Of a stretch of 64,000 nucleotides of DNA, positions 44,061-56,971 are shown one piece after another. The DNA is from Neophaeotheca triangularis (lineage: Eukaryota): the NCBI GenBank assembly GCA_054600435.1, contig BAAIJX010000008.1:124001-188000 (forward strand). The letters run 5' to 3'. The position numbers and the translations under genes were made by a program. A model generated the notes under the pieces. That model made no database searches, was not told where the DNA came from, and saw only the letters and a list, made by a program, of their open reading frames with translations. The first letter of the stretch is position 1, and the number at the start of each line of letters is the position of its first letter.

Positions 44061-45440
44061 CTATGACCCAGCGGCGAAAAAGCTCGCAAGACTACCCACA
44101 GTCAAGCCCCCAACAAGACACAGGCCCATGAAACCACCGGCGGCCTCGCGCTCATGAGGCTCGACCCATTCTCCCGCCCCAACCATGCAAGTACTGCCCA
44201 GGAACCCATTAGTCAGACCGAACAACACCTGCACCACCACCAAATAGAACAAGTCGCTCTTGACCACCGCACCCTGACCTCGAATGTTGCACAAATAGTA
44301 GAGACCGACGAACCCCACCCTTGCGATGGAGAGTACAAGGACCAGCCGCGGCATCCGTACGAGTGATAGCTGAGGTATCGCGGTTGCGAGTCTCCCGAGT
44401 AAATCGCCTACGTTCCACAAAAGAAAGGCGAGAGGTATAAAGACGGGAGCTTGGAGAATCGGCGTTTGTTCGTCCAGTGGCCGCACGGACACGATGCGTT
44501 GCGTAAAGACTGGAAACATCATGGTGATGGCAAAGGTCACGAAGACCGCGCTTGCGAGCCAGAAGAGCTTTCGAGCAAGCGTGCTCAAGGGTACCGATTT
44601 GTGGTCAGCGGGGATCTCTTCATTATCTGGGGTATCGTCGTGTCGCAGCGGCGCGGAAGTTCGATTGCGACCGAGTAGATAGATGAAGGCGATCAAGGTG
44701 ATGACAGAAATGGCTGTCGCAGTGAGAAAATAAGCCAAAGCTGCATTGGACCGTATAGGGGGAGGGCTTTTTGGGTCGTGCGGCGGAGTGGCACCGTCTC
44801 TGGATGGCCCATCCTTTGGCGCACCGTCTGTCGCCTGCACTGAGAGCACCGATACGATCTGAGCAACACAAGGGAGTACACCAGCAACTGCCTGACCAGT
44901 CATGATGCCTTGAGTGTAGATAGGCTCGCCAAAACCTGACACGTACGCAAAGATGCCGTTCTGGCATAGGCCCGTGGCCAAGCTGGTCGCGAAGACGGTG
45001 ACGATCAAAAACGCAAAGTAGCCGCTTGCTGATATGTCGAGGAAGGCACTCGTGGACAGGGCTAAGAGAGCAAAGACCGCCATGTTGATGAACAGAGAGC
45101 TGATGATGCGCTTGGGATATGAGGCATGGGCCTGCAGCTTGGTCAAGACTAGCATCGAGACGAGATTTGTGATGGTTGATATGGATATCTCGGCGGCTTG
45201 GAAGTTTTCAGAGACCCAACCGTTAGATCTGAAGCGGTGTTGGAAGTAGGGACCAGCAGCAAGGAACATGTTCCAAGCCCAAAGCATCGATATGCCCAGC
45301 AGGAAGAAGATGCCATACTCGATGTAGGAGAAGGAGACTCTACTCTTTGGAAGTACATCTTCGGTTTCTTCTCTTTCTGACCCGTCGCCTATGGGCTCGT
45401 AGGGCTGCTCGTTCTGCCACAGTTTCCGTATGCGATCCAT
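44061..45440 (-). CDS. Equilibrative nucleoside transporter (ENT/SLC29, Fun26-like)
   Basis: ATG 45440 (MDRIRKLW); FFLLGISMLWAWNMF, GIMTGQAVAG, WNVGDLLGR and FGLTNGF motifs; about 11 hydrophobic segments. Confidence 0.93.
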   Translation of the reverse strand: MDRIRKLWQNEQPYEPIGDGSEREETEDVLPKSRVSFSYIEYGIFFLLGISMLWAWNMFLAAGPYFQHRFRSNGWVSENFQAAEISISTITNLVSMLVLTKLQAHASYPKRIISSLFINMAVFALLALSTSAFLDISASGYFAFLIVTVFATSLATGLCQNGIFAYVSGFGEPIYTQGIMTGQAVAGVLPCVAQIVSVLSVQATDGAPKDGPSRDGATPPHDPKSPPPIRSNAALAYFLTATAISVITLIAFIYLLGRNRTSAPLRHDDTPDNEEIPADHKSVPLSTLARKLFWLASAVFVTFAITMMFPVFTQRIVSVRPLDEQTPILQAPVFIPLAFLLWNVGDLLGRLATAIPQLSLVRMPRLVLVLSIARVGFVGLYYLCNIRGQGAVVKSDLFYLVVVQVLFGLTNGFLGSTCMVGAGEWVEPHEREAAGGFMGLCLVGGLTVGSLASFFAAGS

Positions 45441-45955
45441 GGCGATGAATGCGGACTGATGATGTGTAGGGAGAGGTACCAAGGGTATTGCACTCGGCTC
45501 GAGGTAGTGGATGGACGGCGGGCAGGGACAAGAGCAGGATCATTGCGAGAACATGTAGCGATATGAAGAGACTACCGCATGACCGGGCAGACAACGTGTC
45601 TCGAACGAGAAGATAGTTACACGAAATGGGCTCGTCACGAGCGCAAGGGATGCAGTCGGGATCTTCCAAGGTTGACTCTGTAATCGCAGACGGGCACACG
45701 CGGGCGGGAGGAGCCTTTTAGGCGATGGTCTTCGCTCCAAAACACGGGGCGATAGGGCAGGGGAGCGCGATTGTGGCTGCGGGGCACGAGTCTTGAGTCC
45801 ATCTTCACGGGTTGAGGTAACCTCGGTTCATGATGGTGTCCCTTTGTCATTTGGTAATCTTCTGTAACTGCTTCTCGTGAATGTAACCATAGCGACAACT
45901 GCTCTCCAACAACAGGTTCTCCCCCTCAACGCTCACTGATCAATCCCCAAAGGCC

Positions 45956-46674
45956 ATGGCTTCCGCTAGCAGACGGCTTGGTATGCCTCCTACTGTCCGC
46001 GTCTGCAAACCCTCTCGCTGACCATACACAGCCCGTCCCACTATCTTGTACGCACCAACCCATCTCTCTATGCCGCCCCAAGGCTGACGACCTGCCATAG
46101 TATCTGCGACCTTCAAGAAAAGTTCCGCAATGCCATCTTCGAATTCCCCAAAGTCGTCTCGACCACGCAAAAGCTGCTAAAGGCCAGCCAAGTCCTCGAC
46201 ATCCCAGTCTTTGCGACGACACAGATGCGGGCGAAATTGGGAGAGACCTGCCCCGAGCTAGGCCTTGACGCTGAGAACGGCATTGCGACCAAAGCGCACG
46301 TGGACAAATCCGCATTCTCCATGTTCGTACCGGAGCTCCAGAAGGCCTTCCACGAGTTGGGAAGTGAAAAGAGAGAGGTCGTAATAGTTGGAATCGAGAC
46401 ACACATTTGCGTCACTCAGACTACGCTCGATTTGTTGAGGGAGGGACACAAGGTCTACGTTCTCGCCGATGGCGTGTCTAGCTGCAATCCCCAGGAGATA
46501 CCCATTGCTCTGGATCGTTTGCGGGCTGAAGGCGCCATTGTGACTACGTCTGAGAGCTTTCTTTATGAATGCATGGGCGATGCTGGCATCCCGGCGTTCA
46601 AGGGAATCGCTGGGATTGTGAAGGAATTTAGTGGTAAGACAAAGGAGAATCTGCAAGCGCTGTGCAAGTTTTGA
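45956..46674 (+). CDS. Isochorismatase-family hydrolase (ISOC1/2-like); exons 45956-45980, 46032-46047, 46101-46674
   Basis: Spliced reading MASASRRLARPTIFICDLQEKFRNAI...DKSAFSM...VGIETHICVTQT...ADGVSS; both introns GT..CTGAC..AG. Confidence 0.9.
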
Positions 46675-47860
46675 GGGTACATACTTAGCAAAGATATTGT
46701 AAGGGTGGTCCTGGCATGAAAGTTCGCTCCGCCGAGGTTCACTGCTAGCACCTGGATAATGTCCGTATTGCTCTTCTCGGCCGACATAGGGTGTGCCTCT
46801 TGAAGCCGCAGAATGAGAGGGTTGGCCAAGGAGCACGCGGACGCTCCGACTAGCCTTTAAACGTGACGACGGCTAGAGTACAATGCGGCAATACTGGCCT
46901 TTGTTGTGACTGTCTGCAGTAGAGTGAAGATGGCAACGATCTCCAACGCAGTCGGGTGTTTCTTAACGGGCCAGAGACATGTCGGACAGTGCTGCAGTAG
47001 GCCGTAATGGTAGCAGGACTCCGACTCGACTGGTAGAGTCTAGTCTCTCTCTCTACCTTTGTGAAATTGTTGTGTAGTACATTAGGGAGTCGACAGGCCG
47101 GGGTGCGTTTTCTTTGACAGCATTTCAGCATTTATTTCGAGCACATGGGAGAAGGTGGAAGCAGGTTGCCTCCCGAAGCGCGAACGGCGGCCGCTGCACG
47201 ATTCCTCCGGGCTGCTGCTCGCGAAACACTCCACCACCACCTCCTACCTGACCTTGCCTTTCCCATGTCACCTGAGTTATATGCACAAGCACAAGGACCT
47301 CCAGTCGACCATACACACACGCACACACACTACATCATATTAGTCAAACCCCCAACGGGAAAGGAGCCAGCAAACCACGCCCATTCATTCATTCTTCTTC
47401 CTCTTTCATCCGGCGGCCATTGTACTCTCCGCGCAAGCCACCGCCGGCTGAGACTTTTGGCTTGAGGAAACCCGTTACGGCTGCTCCTACAGGGGCGATA
47501 CTACCCTCTCTCCTCACCTCTCCTCACCTTACATCACCACCACTACCAATTCTAGCATTCCAACTAGCTCCCTCCTGTCAACGCCAACCCGATCTAGCAC
47601 ATCTCCCGCCTTCGTTGCTCCTGGCATCATTTATCCGCTACACACGCCTCTTGTTCTTGGCCACCGGCTACAACACCGCGCGCTACCACCTCGCTCACGC
47701 CCCTCCGGACAACCCACATATCTCTAATACGACCTCTCTCTGATCACGACTTACGCTGCCCCGGCACACGACCATCTCTCGTTCTGAAACAAATGGGAAG
47801 ACGAGTGCCCCATACCGTCAACCCGGAATTGCGCGCGTGACACCGGCGTACACGGCCAAA

Positions 47861-50800
47861 ATGGCGGGTTTATCGAATGGGGGCCTTAGCAAGCCCTTTC
47901 CCCCAAGACCTCCTTTCGCTTCACAAGCCTCCAGCTCAGTGCCCTCGACTCCCCACCAACAGCCCCACGACATACGATTCACCTCGCGATCACCATCTCC
48001 AACCCGCAACCTGTTGAATCAAAGTCCCAGGTCTGTTGCTAGCGAAGCGGTTGGGCGGCATGTGGGCGCCCCTCCGAGAAATACGCCCAGAGTTTGTAAG
48101 TTCGAGTCTGGACCAGAATTTAGGAAAAGGCGGATACCGTACGTTGAAGGAGGTGACAAGGAGCTGGGCCCGCCCAAGAAGGAGCCAAAGAGGACGCTGG
48201 ACCCACAAGAGGAGGGGAAATTGAGTGGTGACATGCGCGAGCTATACGACCGGTTACTGCCATCGGAGGAGAGCGAGCAAAGAAGACGGCAGTTGGTGCA
48301 GAAACTGGACAGGATACTGAATGAGAAATGGCCTGGCAACGATATCAAGGTGAACGTCTTTGGGTCGTCTGGGAACCTATTGAGCTCAACCGACTCCGAT
48401 GTGGACATATGCGTAACAACGCCTCTGAGAGAGCTTGAGTCCATGCATTCGCTGGCCACGCTGCTCCACAGTCGTAAGTCGCCTTCGTAGCGCTTAGTAA
48501 TGGGTATCAGCGAGCTAATTGGAGTCATAGATGGCATGGAAAGAGTGGAGTGTCGTTCAGCAGCCAAGGTGCCCATTGTGAAGTGCTGGGATCCCGAGCT
48601 GATGCTCGCTGCGGACTTGAACGTGAACAATCCGCTGGCGCTTGAGAACACGCGGATGATCAAGACGTACGTGCAGCTTGACGAAAGGGTGAGACCTCTG
48701 GCAAAGATCGTCAAGTACTGGACGAAGCAAAGAATTCTCAATGATGCCGGTAAGTTGCCATCACCTAATCCAACAAGCAGCTGAATATTGACCTTGTTTG
48801 TGAAGCATATGGTGGAACGATCTCATCATACACCTGGATTTGCATGATAATCAGCTTCCTCCAACGGCGCAAGCCTCCATTGCTCCCTTCACTGCAGAAG
48901 AAGACTGACTGCAAACGGTCAACAGTCAATGGCCAGCCCTCTGCCTTTGCCGATGATATCCCGGCGCTCCAAGGTTGTGGCGAGGCGAACAAGGAGTCAC
49001 TGTCTGAGCTATTGTTCCAATTCTTCCGCCACTATGGATACGAGTTTGATTACGCAAAGGACGTGGTTTCTGTCAGAGAGGGCCGGTTGTTATCCCGCAG
49101 GGAGAAGGGCTGGGATGGCGCGGTCAAGGAGGCAGGGAACCGGCTGTGTGTCGAGGAACCCTTCAATCCGGAGCGCAATCTTGGCAACTCCGCAGACGTC
49201 TACGCATGGACTGGGGTTCACGAGGAAATTCGGCGGGCATTCGATTTGCTAGCCGACGGTGGTCGACTGGCGGAGTGCTGTGAACAGTACGAATTTCCGG
49301 TGGAGAAGACTCCAGTCTTTCAGAGGCCGCCGCCCAAACCCAAGCCCACCTTGACGCGAAGCGCATCGCAGCACGCCCGAGCGAACAATGAGTCCGGAAC
49401 TCCTCGTCCCCGTACCAGGAGCAATCGCAACCAGTCTGCTCAGAGAGCCGGCAACAGACGAGCTTCTAGTGGAGCCTCATTCAGTAGCCAGCGAGCACCT
49501 CTGCTGCACAGCCCGCCCCCGACAATGGCCCACAGCGACTACTTTTCAGCAAGAAGTAACCTCCACGACCAACTGTTTCAACAGTATCAGTACCTGCAGG
49601 CCCAGCAAGACGCACTCCGATCCCAACTTGCGCAGCAATCGCAAGGCCCTTCGCAAGTTGGACCTCGGGCTGGCGACCTGGCTGCATCCCCCCATCAGCG
49701 TCAATACGTCAATGGAATGACGAACGGCAGACCCTACGACAACCCGCCTCCGAGTGCACCACTGCCACTGATGCCCAACTATCTGTACCAGTATCCCGCA
49801 CAGTATCAGCCAGCATCAAATCGGCAGGCACGCCAACGAGAAGGCACCAATACCAACCCATCTTCGCCATCGATGGTTGCCGCAGTTCCTGCCCTTGGTA
49901 GACAGATCCAACGAGGCCCGATGCCAGAAAGCTCAACAGGCTCAATTAGATCTCAGTCCCAGCCCGGGAGAACACTCCCGAACACGTCGATGCCATATCA
50001 GGGGTACTCTCAGCCAATGTACGACGCCTCTGGCACTCTTGTTGGCCATTTCCCGGGACCGCGACCTACATACCTACACCAGCAAGGATCGCAATTGCCA
50101 TATCCATCTTTGAACCCGATGCACATGGGACAAAGAGATCTCTCCGATAGCACCGTGCCCAAGGAGTACATGGGCTATTACGTCGGACAGTCGCCACAGA
50201 TGGGGCCACAGTACACTGCAAACCAGATGCAGCCTCCCAATTTGACGCTGCGTGATCCCCCGCCGCAGAGACGGCGCAGGCCTACGCCGGAACTTGCGCC
50301 ACCCATGCCGAATGGAAGGCACGCTTCAAGATCACCCTCTCCCTTGGGCCACCAACGGAGCTACTCCACCAGTGGCCAGTCACTCGATACTTCTGTTGCC
50401 TCTGGGCCGCCTACGGACAGTGAAGCCGAACCAGCACAGGGAGGTCCGGTCCCGCCAGTGAACACTGGTGCGCCACTGATCGTGAATGGATCCACGCCCT
50501 CCGTCAGCAAGAAGCCGGCCGAGAAGTCCAGTGGGGCTGTCGCCATGAGGACAGGTGGTCTTTCTAACGCGCTCCCTGAGATCACCAATGGGGTACACCA
50601 TTTACCTTCGCGGCCTGCAGCGCCCATGAGCTCGAGTCCAGAGTGTGCAGAAGGAGAGGCGCGATTGGCAATATCATCGTCCCCAAACCTTCGAGGCAAA
50701 AACACCCCTCGACTCAGCCTGTCGCCAAACGGTAGTCAACACCACAGCAATGGCACGACCGAGCATAGCCGCGATGCATCGCCCCTCACCGCACAGAGCG

Positions 50801-51246
50801 CAACACAGAACGCGCCCCTTCTATCGCCTGTCGCGGAGCTACGCACGCCATCTCCGACCCAGCAACGCGCCTTTGAACACCAGCATTCACCGCAGGCCAA
50901 CGGTTTCGTAAAGCAAGCTCAAATCCAGAACGCGCGCCACACGACGGACCAGAAAGAGAACGCGGAGACTGGGTACTCCCATGCTCGTAACGAGCAAAGC
51001 CATACGCGGAAGCAAAGCGCGCCGAACCCAGGACAGAACAGACACGGCAAAAATCAATCTTCGACTCACTACAATACTTCAGGGAAGGGTGAATCGGTGT
51101 CGCAGAAGTCGCAACAGCAGAATAGCAGTCAATGGCAGCAGGCTACCGGGAAGAGGGGACACAAGAAGAGCAAGTCTGCGGTCCCGCCGAAAGCGACTTC
51201 TGGACAACCAATGCCTGCGAATGAGGCTGAGAGGAAAGGTGGCTGA
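47861..51246 (+). CDS. Non-canonical poly(A)/(U) polymerase, Cid1/Cid13-like; exons 47861-48473, 48531-48749, 48806-51246
   Basis: VFGSSGN...SDVDIC nucleotidyltransferase motif; AKVPIVK, DLNVNN and GGTISSY motifs; PAP-associated LCVEEPFNPERNLG; long disordered tail. Confidence 0.92.
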
Positions 51247-52367
51247 GGCGCATGGAAAGATGTTTCTGATCACTGTTCGCGCAATTGCTCCACCGTCAAT
51301 GATGGAATTTGATGGTTTGAGCTCGCCATGTCTGCCTCCGCTTGAAGCTGTTGGGATTGACTAGCAGCCTGAGTCGATGCCTTTGTTGCCGGCGCACACT
51401 GCAGGGATGGGCAATTTGGGAAAGTAGACGATCAAATCGGCTCTCCGCGAAGGCCTACCCAGCAGCAGCTCTTCGCGCACACGCTCTCGAGCCCCAGCAG
51501 AAACGTGCGAATTCGACAGGGCCATGTGTGTTGAGCAAGGCGCTACACAGGAGAAGGATGGATCTAGACGGTGGTCGAGGGCGCGCGCAGACACTGGATG
51601 TCCTGTACTGTAGATGAACAAACACAGCGTATTGAAAAGCCGAAAAGGCTTCTTTTGAAAGCGATGCGAATGGATCCTTGAGCGAAGATGTTGCGATGAG
51701 GTACTTTTTGACAGTACCTTGACCTATACCGACCTCAAGTCGGAGCGTGAGTGAAGTCGAACGTGTAGAGTTCATTTTGGACGAATCCTCGAAGATGCCG
51801 GGCAGTTGTAATGATACATCTTGGAGAAAGAGCCCTTGCACAAAGAACCTTGCCAGCGATCTTCACGGATCGAGCCTCACGTTTCTTGTAGATTTATTAG
51901 CGCCAGGCACGAAGGAAGGGGGTTTTACATAAAGTTTGGTTGTTTCATCTTCTTTCCGGAAACGCGCAACGACCTTTTTGTTTCTTGGCAGGAGCAACGA
52001 TACCTCGAGACTCTCTTCTTTTTCTTTTTTGGTCCAATTTGATCCAAGAAATTTTCTCGGGGGGTTGAGGGATGTGTGATACGACCGATACAAATTGACC
52101 CTGGACTGGACCGGATTGGAGTGGATATTGATGCGCTGGTGGCTTCCTTTAACACATCTTTGATTAAAAGCTCGGCTGGGACCTTGCTAAGCTACGACAA
52201 GCATTGCTTCAAGCATTGCAGACTCACTCTCCGATCCAAGTAAAGCCAGTAATATACAGGGACCATCATACTGTGGATCAAATAGATATCTCCAGGCGAA
52301 TGCGAACAGCCGCATACCCAGCTAACAGCGCAGCAATTTCGCAAGATTGCCGCAACCAAAACCTAGC

Positions 52368-54158
52368 ATGGTGAACTTCACCTGCAACTCGACGCTCGCC
52401 GAGCAATGGATTGACGAAGAACCGCTTTGGAAAGGTTACACCTTCCACCACTTCGGCCTCTTCCTTGCCGCAGTCTTCGGCGGCCTCTCGCTCCTCATAA
52501 CCTTCTACCTCATCCTTCGCCACGCCACGCACTACCTCCGGCCATGGGAGCAAAAACACATCATCCGCATCCTGCTGATGATGCCCATCTACGCCACCGT
52601 CTCCTTCCTCTCCTACCTCTACTACCGCCACGCCGTCTACTTTGAAGTCTTGCGCGACTGCTACGAGGCCTTCGCCATTGCGAGCTTCTTCACCCTCCTC
52701 TGCCATTACATCGCTCCCAATCTGCACGACCAGAAGGAGTATTTTCGCGGTTTGCAGCCCGTGAATTGGTTCTGGGGGGTTTTTGGTCTGCAGCTTTGCA
52801 CGGGTGGGAAAGACAAAGGACCCTTTCGCCTACCCCGAAGTGGGCTCACTTGGTTCAATGTAGGGTTTTCCACCGCATGTATGAGCGGGACCCCAAGGCT
52901 AAGCAGTCCCCGTGTAGGTCATCTGGATCGGCGTCTTCCAATACTGCCTCGTCCGCGTCGTCTGCACCATCGTCTCCGTGCTAGCGGAGGTCGGGGGTCG
53001 GTACTGCGAAGGGTCTGTCAGCCCCGTTTTCGCGCACGTCTGGGTCATGGTCTTCGAAGGCGTCAGCGTTACTATAGCCATGTTCTGTCTGGTGCAATTC
53101 TACATCCAGCTCAAAGACGACCTGGCCCAGCATAGGCCCTTTCTCAAAGTCCTCTGCATCAAGCTCGTCATTTTCTTTTGTTTCTGGCAAGGTGTAGGTC
53201 GTGCACTGATCCGGCACTGTTCTCTGCCAAATATGACCCGTCCGGCTAACTCGAGCAATAGATCCTCATCTCAATCCTAACCTCAGACGGCGGACCCCTA
53301 CACCCAACCCCCCAACTCAGCTACCCAGATATCAAGATCGGCATCCCATCAGTTCTACTCTGCATCGAAATGTCCATCTTCGCCGTAATGCACCTCTGGG
53401 CCTTCCCCTGGAAACCTTACTCACTCAAACACCGCCCGAAAGCCCTCGAACCCCCACCAGCAACAACAATAATAACAACAACAACAGCCGCCGCAAACAA
53501 CAACAACACTTATCCCAACCACTCCCCCCACCACAGCTACCAAGGCGGTCTCTGCGGTCTCAAAGCCCTCGCCGACGCCTTCAACCCCTGGGACATCGTC
53601 AAAGCGAGCGCGCGCGGTTTCCGATGGCTGTGCGTCGGCGCTAGACACCGCCACCAGGACCGGAGCTATCAAATGACAGTCTCTGCCAGCAAAACCGATA
53701 CTGCCAGAAAAAGCGGCGATGTGGATATCGAGGAGACTGTCGCCGACGGTGGCGGCTGGACAAGAGCCGGCGCGACGGCGGAGTCGTCTGAAGACGACCG
53801 TGAGGCTTTGCTGAGGCCTTCGCAGGGCTTGGCGGGGCTGCCTGGCTTTTCTGGGGGTCCGAGCCGGGGCCCGCGTGGTTCAATGGTTGGTTTGGCTGGT
53901 TCGGATGGGTTTGAGACGCTGGCGGGTGATTGGCCGCTTCCTGCCCCGAGGGGGGATACCTTTGGTCGGCGGCACGGAGGCTTGGATGGAGTTGCAGGGT
54001 ATGGGAAACTGGGGGAGGAGACTGGGGACCATTGTGCTGCGGTTGGGGGCGATGGTGCTTTACGGGATGGGGATCATTGGGCTGGTCCGGCAGTGGTTAA
54101 TGGTGGGGAGCATGTGCGTCCTTGTCAGTCTCGACGGCCGGAAGGTGCTGGGGGCTAG
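52368..54158 (+). CDS. TMEM184/OST-alpha (DUF300) membrane protein; exons 52368-52859, 52918-53193, 53262-54158
   Basis: HATHYLRPWEQKHIIRIL, RDCYEAFAIASFF, KVLCIKLVIFFCFWQ and CIEM...HLWAFPWKPY motifs; canonical introns. Confidence 0.92.
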
Positions 54159-54376
54159 ACTCTGAGCGCGCGGAGGCCAAGGTGGCGTGGCGGTATGCCA
54201 TTCCGCGGGCTACATGTGCTTATTTCATGGGGCTTGCGAGACGGGTTGTATCTGGCAGATAACTCAACGTAGGACGGAAGTTATTGCTCGCGCCTCGCTA
54301 TTGGTTAACGGCACCTTCGGGATGAAATTTGCTCGTCTCGACCGTCGTGAACATGCATCAGGAAAATCCATCACCA

Positions 54377-56070
54377 TCATCCCGTCGTCTCCCCCTCACC
54401 GCCCTCTTCCGCCCCCTTCCTAGCCCGCTCCCTCTTCTCCCTAGCCCCCTTTTGCAGCTCAAGCCATTTAGCCTCATACCTCTGCAACTTCTTCTCCTGC
54501 TTAGCGCTCTTAGCCGCCAGCTTTTCCCTCTCGTCCTCCAGCGCCCGTATCCGCATCTGTCCCTCGCCGCCACCATCTTCAGCTGCAGCCGCCTCCGCAC
54601 TCTCCGATCGTGGCAGAGGTGAAGCCGCCTGATATTGATGATGCTGCTGCTGTCGCTTCTGGTCAGCAGCCACGGGGCGCAAGCCGGCCATACTCTGCGT
54701 CAGCGCGGCCATACTAGCATCTTGTGCGTGTGCTTCAAAAGCCGCCAGCCGCCCGGCCAAGTGTTCGAGCGTCTGCTTCAGCGTCGCGTTCTCCAGCTCG
54801 AGTTCCTCGATTGTTTGGCCTTTGCCGAAAGTGCCACGGCGTTGGGGATCGCCAGCCGAAGACGATGAGCGCGAGTGGCGCGGTGAAGAAGACGAAGCGG
54901 GGTGCGGGACTTCACGCGCGTCTACGAAAGCGTCTTCATCGCCTTGTTCGCCAATTTCCGAGAGGGGGGGTTGGTGCGGTCTGGTTATGTCGGCGTAGCT
55001 ATAGCTCCCCCCACCTTTTTGGACGACGTAGAAGCTTTCAGCGGGACCGAAAAAGTGGCCTTGATTTCCTCTTTTGCGGCGGTGTTCGGCTTCCACGGCG
55101 TCGAGGGCGGCCTTGGAAAAGATTTTGGTGACGTCTGGCTCGTTGGTCGCACTGACGGTGCGTTTATTTGGGGACGGTTGATCTTTGCTTGATGAGGATG
55201 GGTTGTCTTGTTGAGTTAGAGGCATGCCGGCAAAGGCCATGGCTGAGGAGAGTTTGGACATGGTGCCTGTGGTGATGCTGTTGTAGAATTTGCCAAAGGC
55301 ATCGTCATCTTCGGTCTTCTTGTTCGCTCGGACCTTCTTTAGCTCTGCCTGGCTGTCGACTATAGAGGGGGGTATCTTGAGTTGTGTGGAGGGTGATGAA
55401 GCGCTTGATCTGTCGCGATGACGTGATTCTGGCGATAGCGGCCTTGTCCTTGCTTGAGCCGCTGGAGAGAATTGAGTCCGGCCTGGAGCGGGTATGCCGC
55501 GGCGGGATGCAATGTCTTTGGCCAACGCGGGCGATGAGTCTCTCGGCGCGCAAACTGCCCGAGCTGCAGCCAAAGCGGAAGTGGTCGGTTTCGACAAGGT
55601 GCTACTGCTAGTATTGCTCTTCTTGTCGGGTTTGGCGTCGGTCAGAGGCATTTCTAGCTCACTTGTAGCAGCGGTGGAAGTGTCATGGCTCTTATCCTGC
55701 TCGCCGTTGGCCACCCGTGCAGCTCTCGCCTCGTCCTCTGTTCTGATGATGCGAGCAAGTCTGAGGTGTTGCTCTTCAAGAAGTTTGAGAACCCGCAGTG
55801 CCTGTTGAAGGCATCAGCAAGGGATTTGAGGGGGCAAGAGAAAAAGGCACACAATTCCCTACCTCGTCGTCGCTAGTCGCTCGAGCCGACTTTGCAAAGT
55901 TGCTTGCTGCATGCTGGTGCTCTACCGCCGCTTTAGTCCAAGCGGCCTGGCCGGTCTCTTTTGCGGCTTTGCGAGCATGTGCGTGTGCCTCGAAACGGTC
56001 AGTATGGTATCCGTCAAGTGCCAGTTGAACAGACCTCACGTACAGATGTTATTGGCGCCTTTTCTGCCAT
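54377..56070 (-). CDS. MIT-like helical N-terminus + C-terminal coiled-coil protein (Atg38/NRBF2-like architecture); exons 56070-56044, 55988-55863, 55801-54377
   Basis: Spliced N-terminus MAEKAPITSAHAHARKA...AAVEHQHAASNF...ALRVLKLLEEQHLRLA; ESFYVV motif; TIEELELENATLKQTLEHLAGRL coiled coil. Confidence 0.75.
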
Positions 56071-56971
56071 GGTGTCGGCAGCGATGGTGCAAGGACAAAG
56101 TTTGATCTGGAAATATAGCGCGCTCTACGGCTCACAGAACTTCAGGGTCGTGTCCGGTACGTTTGAGCATGTGGTGATGGAGTTAGTGAACAAGATCTAA
56201 GTTGTGAGGCGTGATATGGCTGTGATGTGTCGTAAGTGCCAGGCCTTGGATAAGGTACCTAATGTAGGTGTATGTACGTACAAATCGATACCTGTGTATG
56301 GATGTAGTTCACACAGGCACGTGATGAGGCCCGTCTAGGGCTAGTGCGGCGGCCCCGCAGTGTGCAGTGAGGAGGAATAGTGGAGGTCCCGGACCTTGTA
56401 GACTGTACACTGTACAGTGTGTGTACAGTACTACTATAGGTAGTCTGCTGTCTTCAATAATAATAAGTTCCAGAGGTATCGAGTGCCTAATAAATCCTAT
56501 AGGCTGTAACTAGAAGCGGCAACGCTAGGATCAACACAACAACCCTAGGTAAAGGTAAGGTACCCGACTGTCACCTACCTAGGTAAGCGAGACAAGATTC
56601 CCTGCCATGCCACATCACGCAAGGTACCTTACCAGCCATCCCTGATAAGGTAACTCCTCTTCGTACTTCCAACTTCCTAGGCACCCAAGGTACTCTATGT
56701 AATACCGTCATACAACAAACCTCACTACATGGTAAGGTCCAATGACCTCAAATTTCGACAACTGCAGGTGCCCCGCGTCTCAAACAAGAACCTTGGAATC
56801 TGGAATTTGATTCCCGTGTCCGCCTACACAATCCGTCTTTGCACGTCAATACTGAACCCGACAGCGACATGGAGAATTGACTTTACTATCTAATCCTCGT
56901 GGCCTTCCGTCAAACTAAGTCCTCCCTTTACTTGTAGTTGCCGGCCCCAGACGACGCGCCCAGATTGCAAC

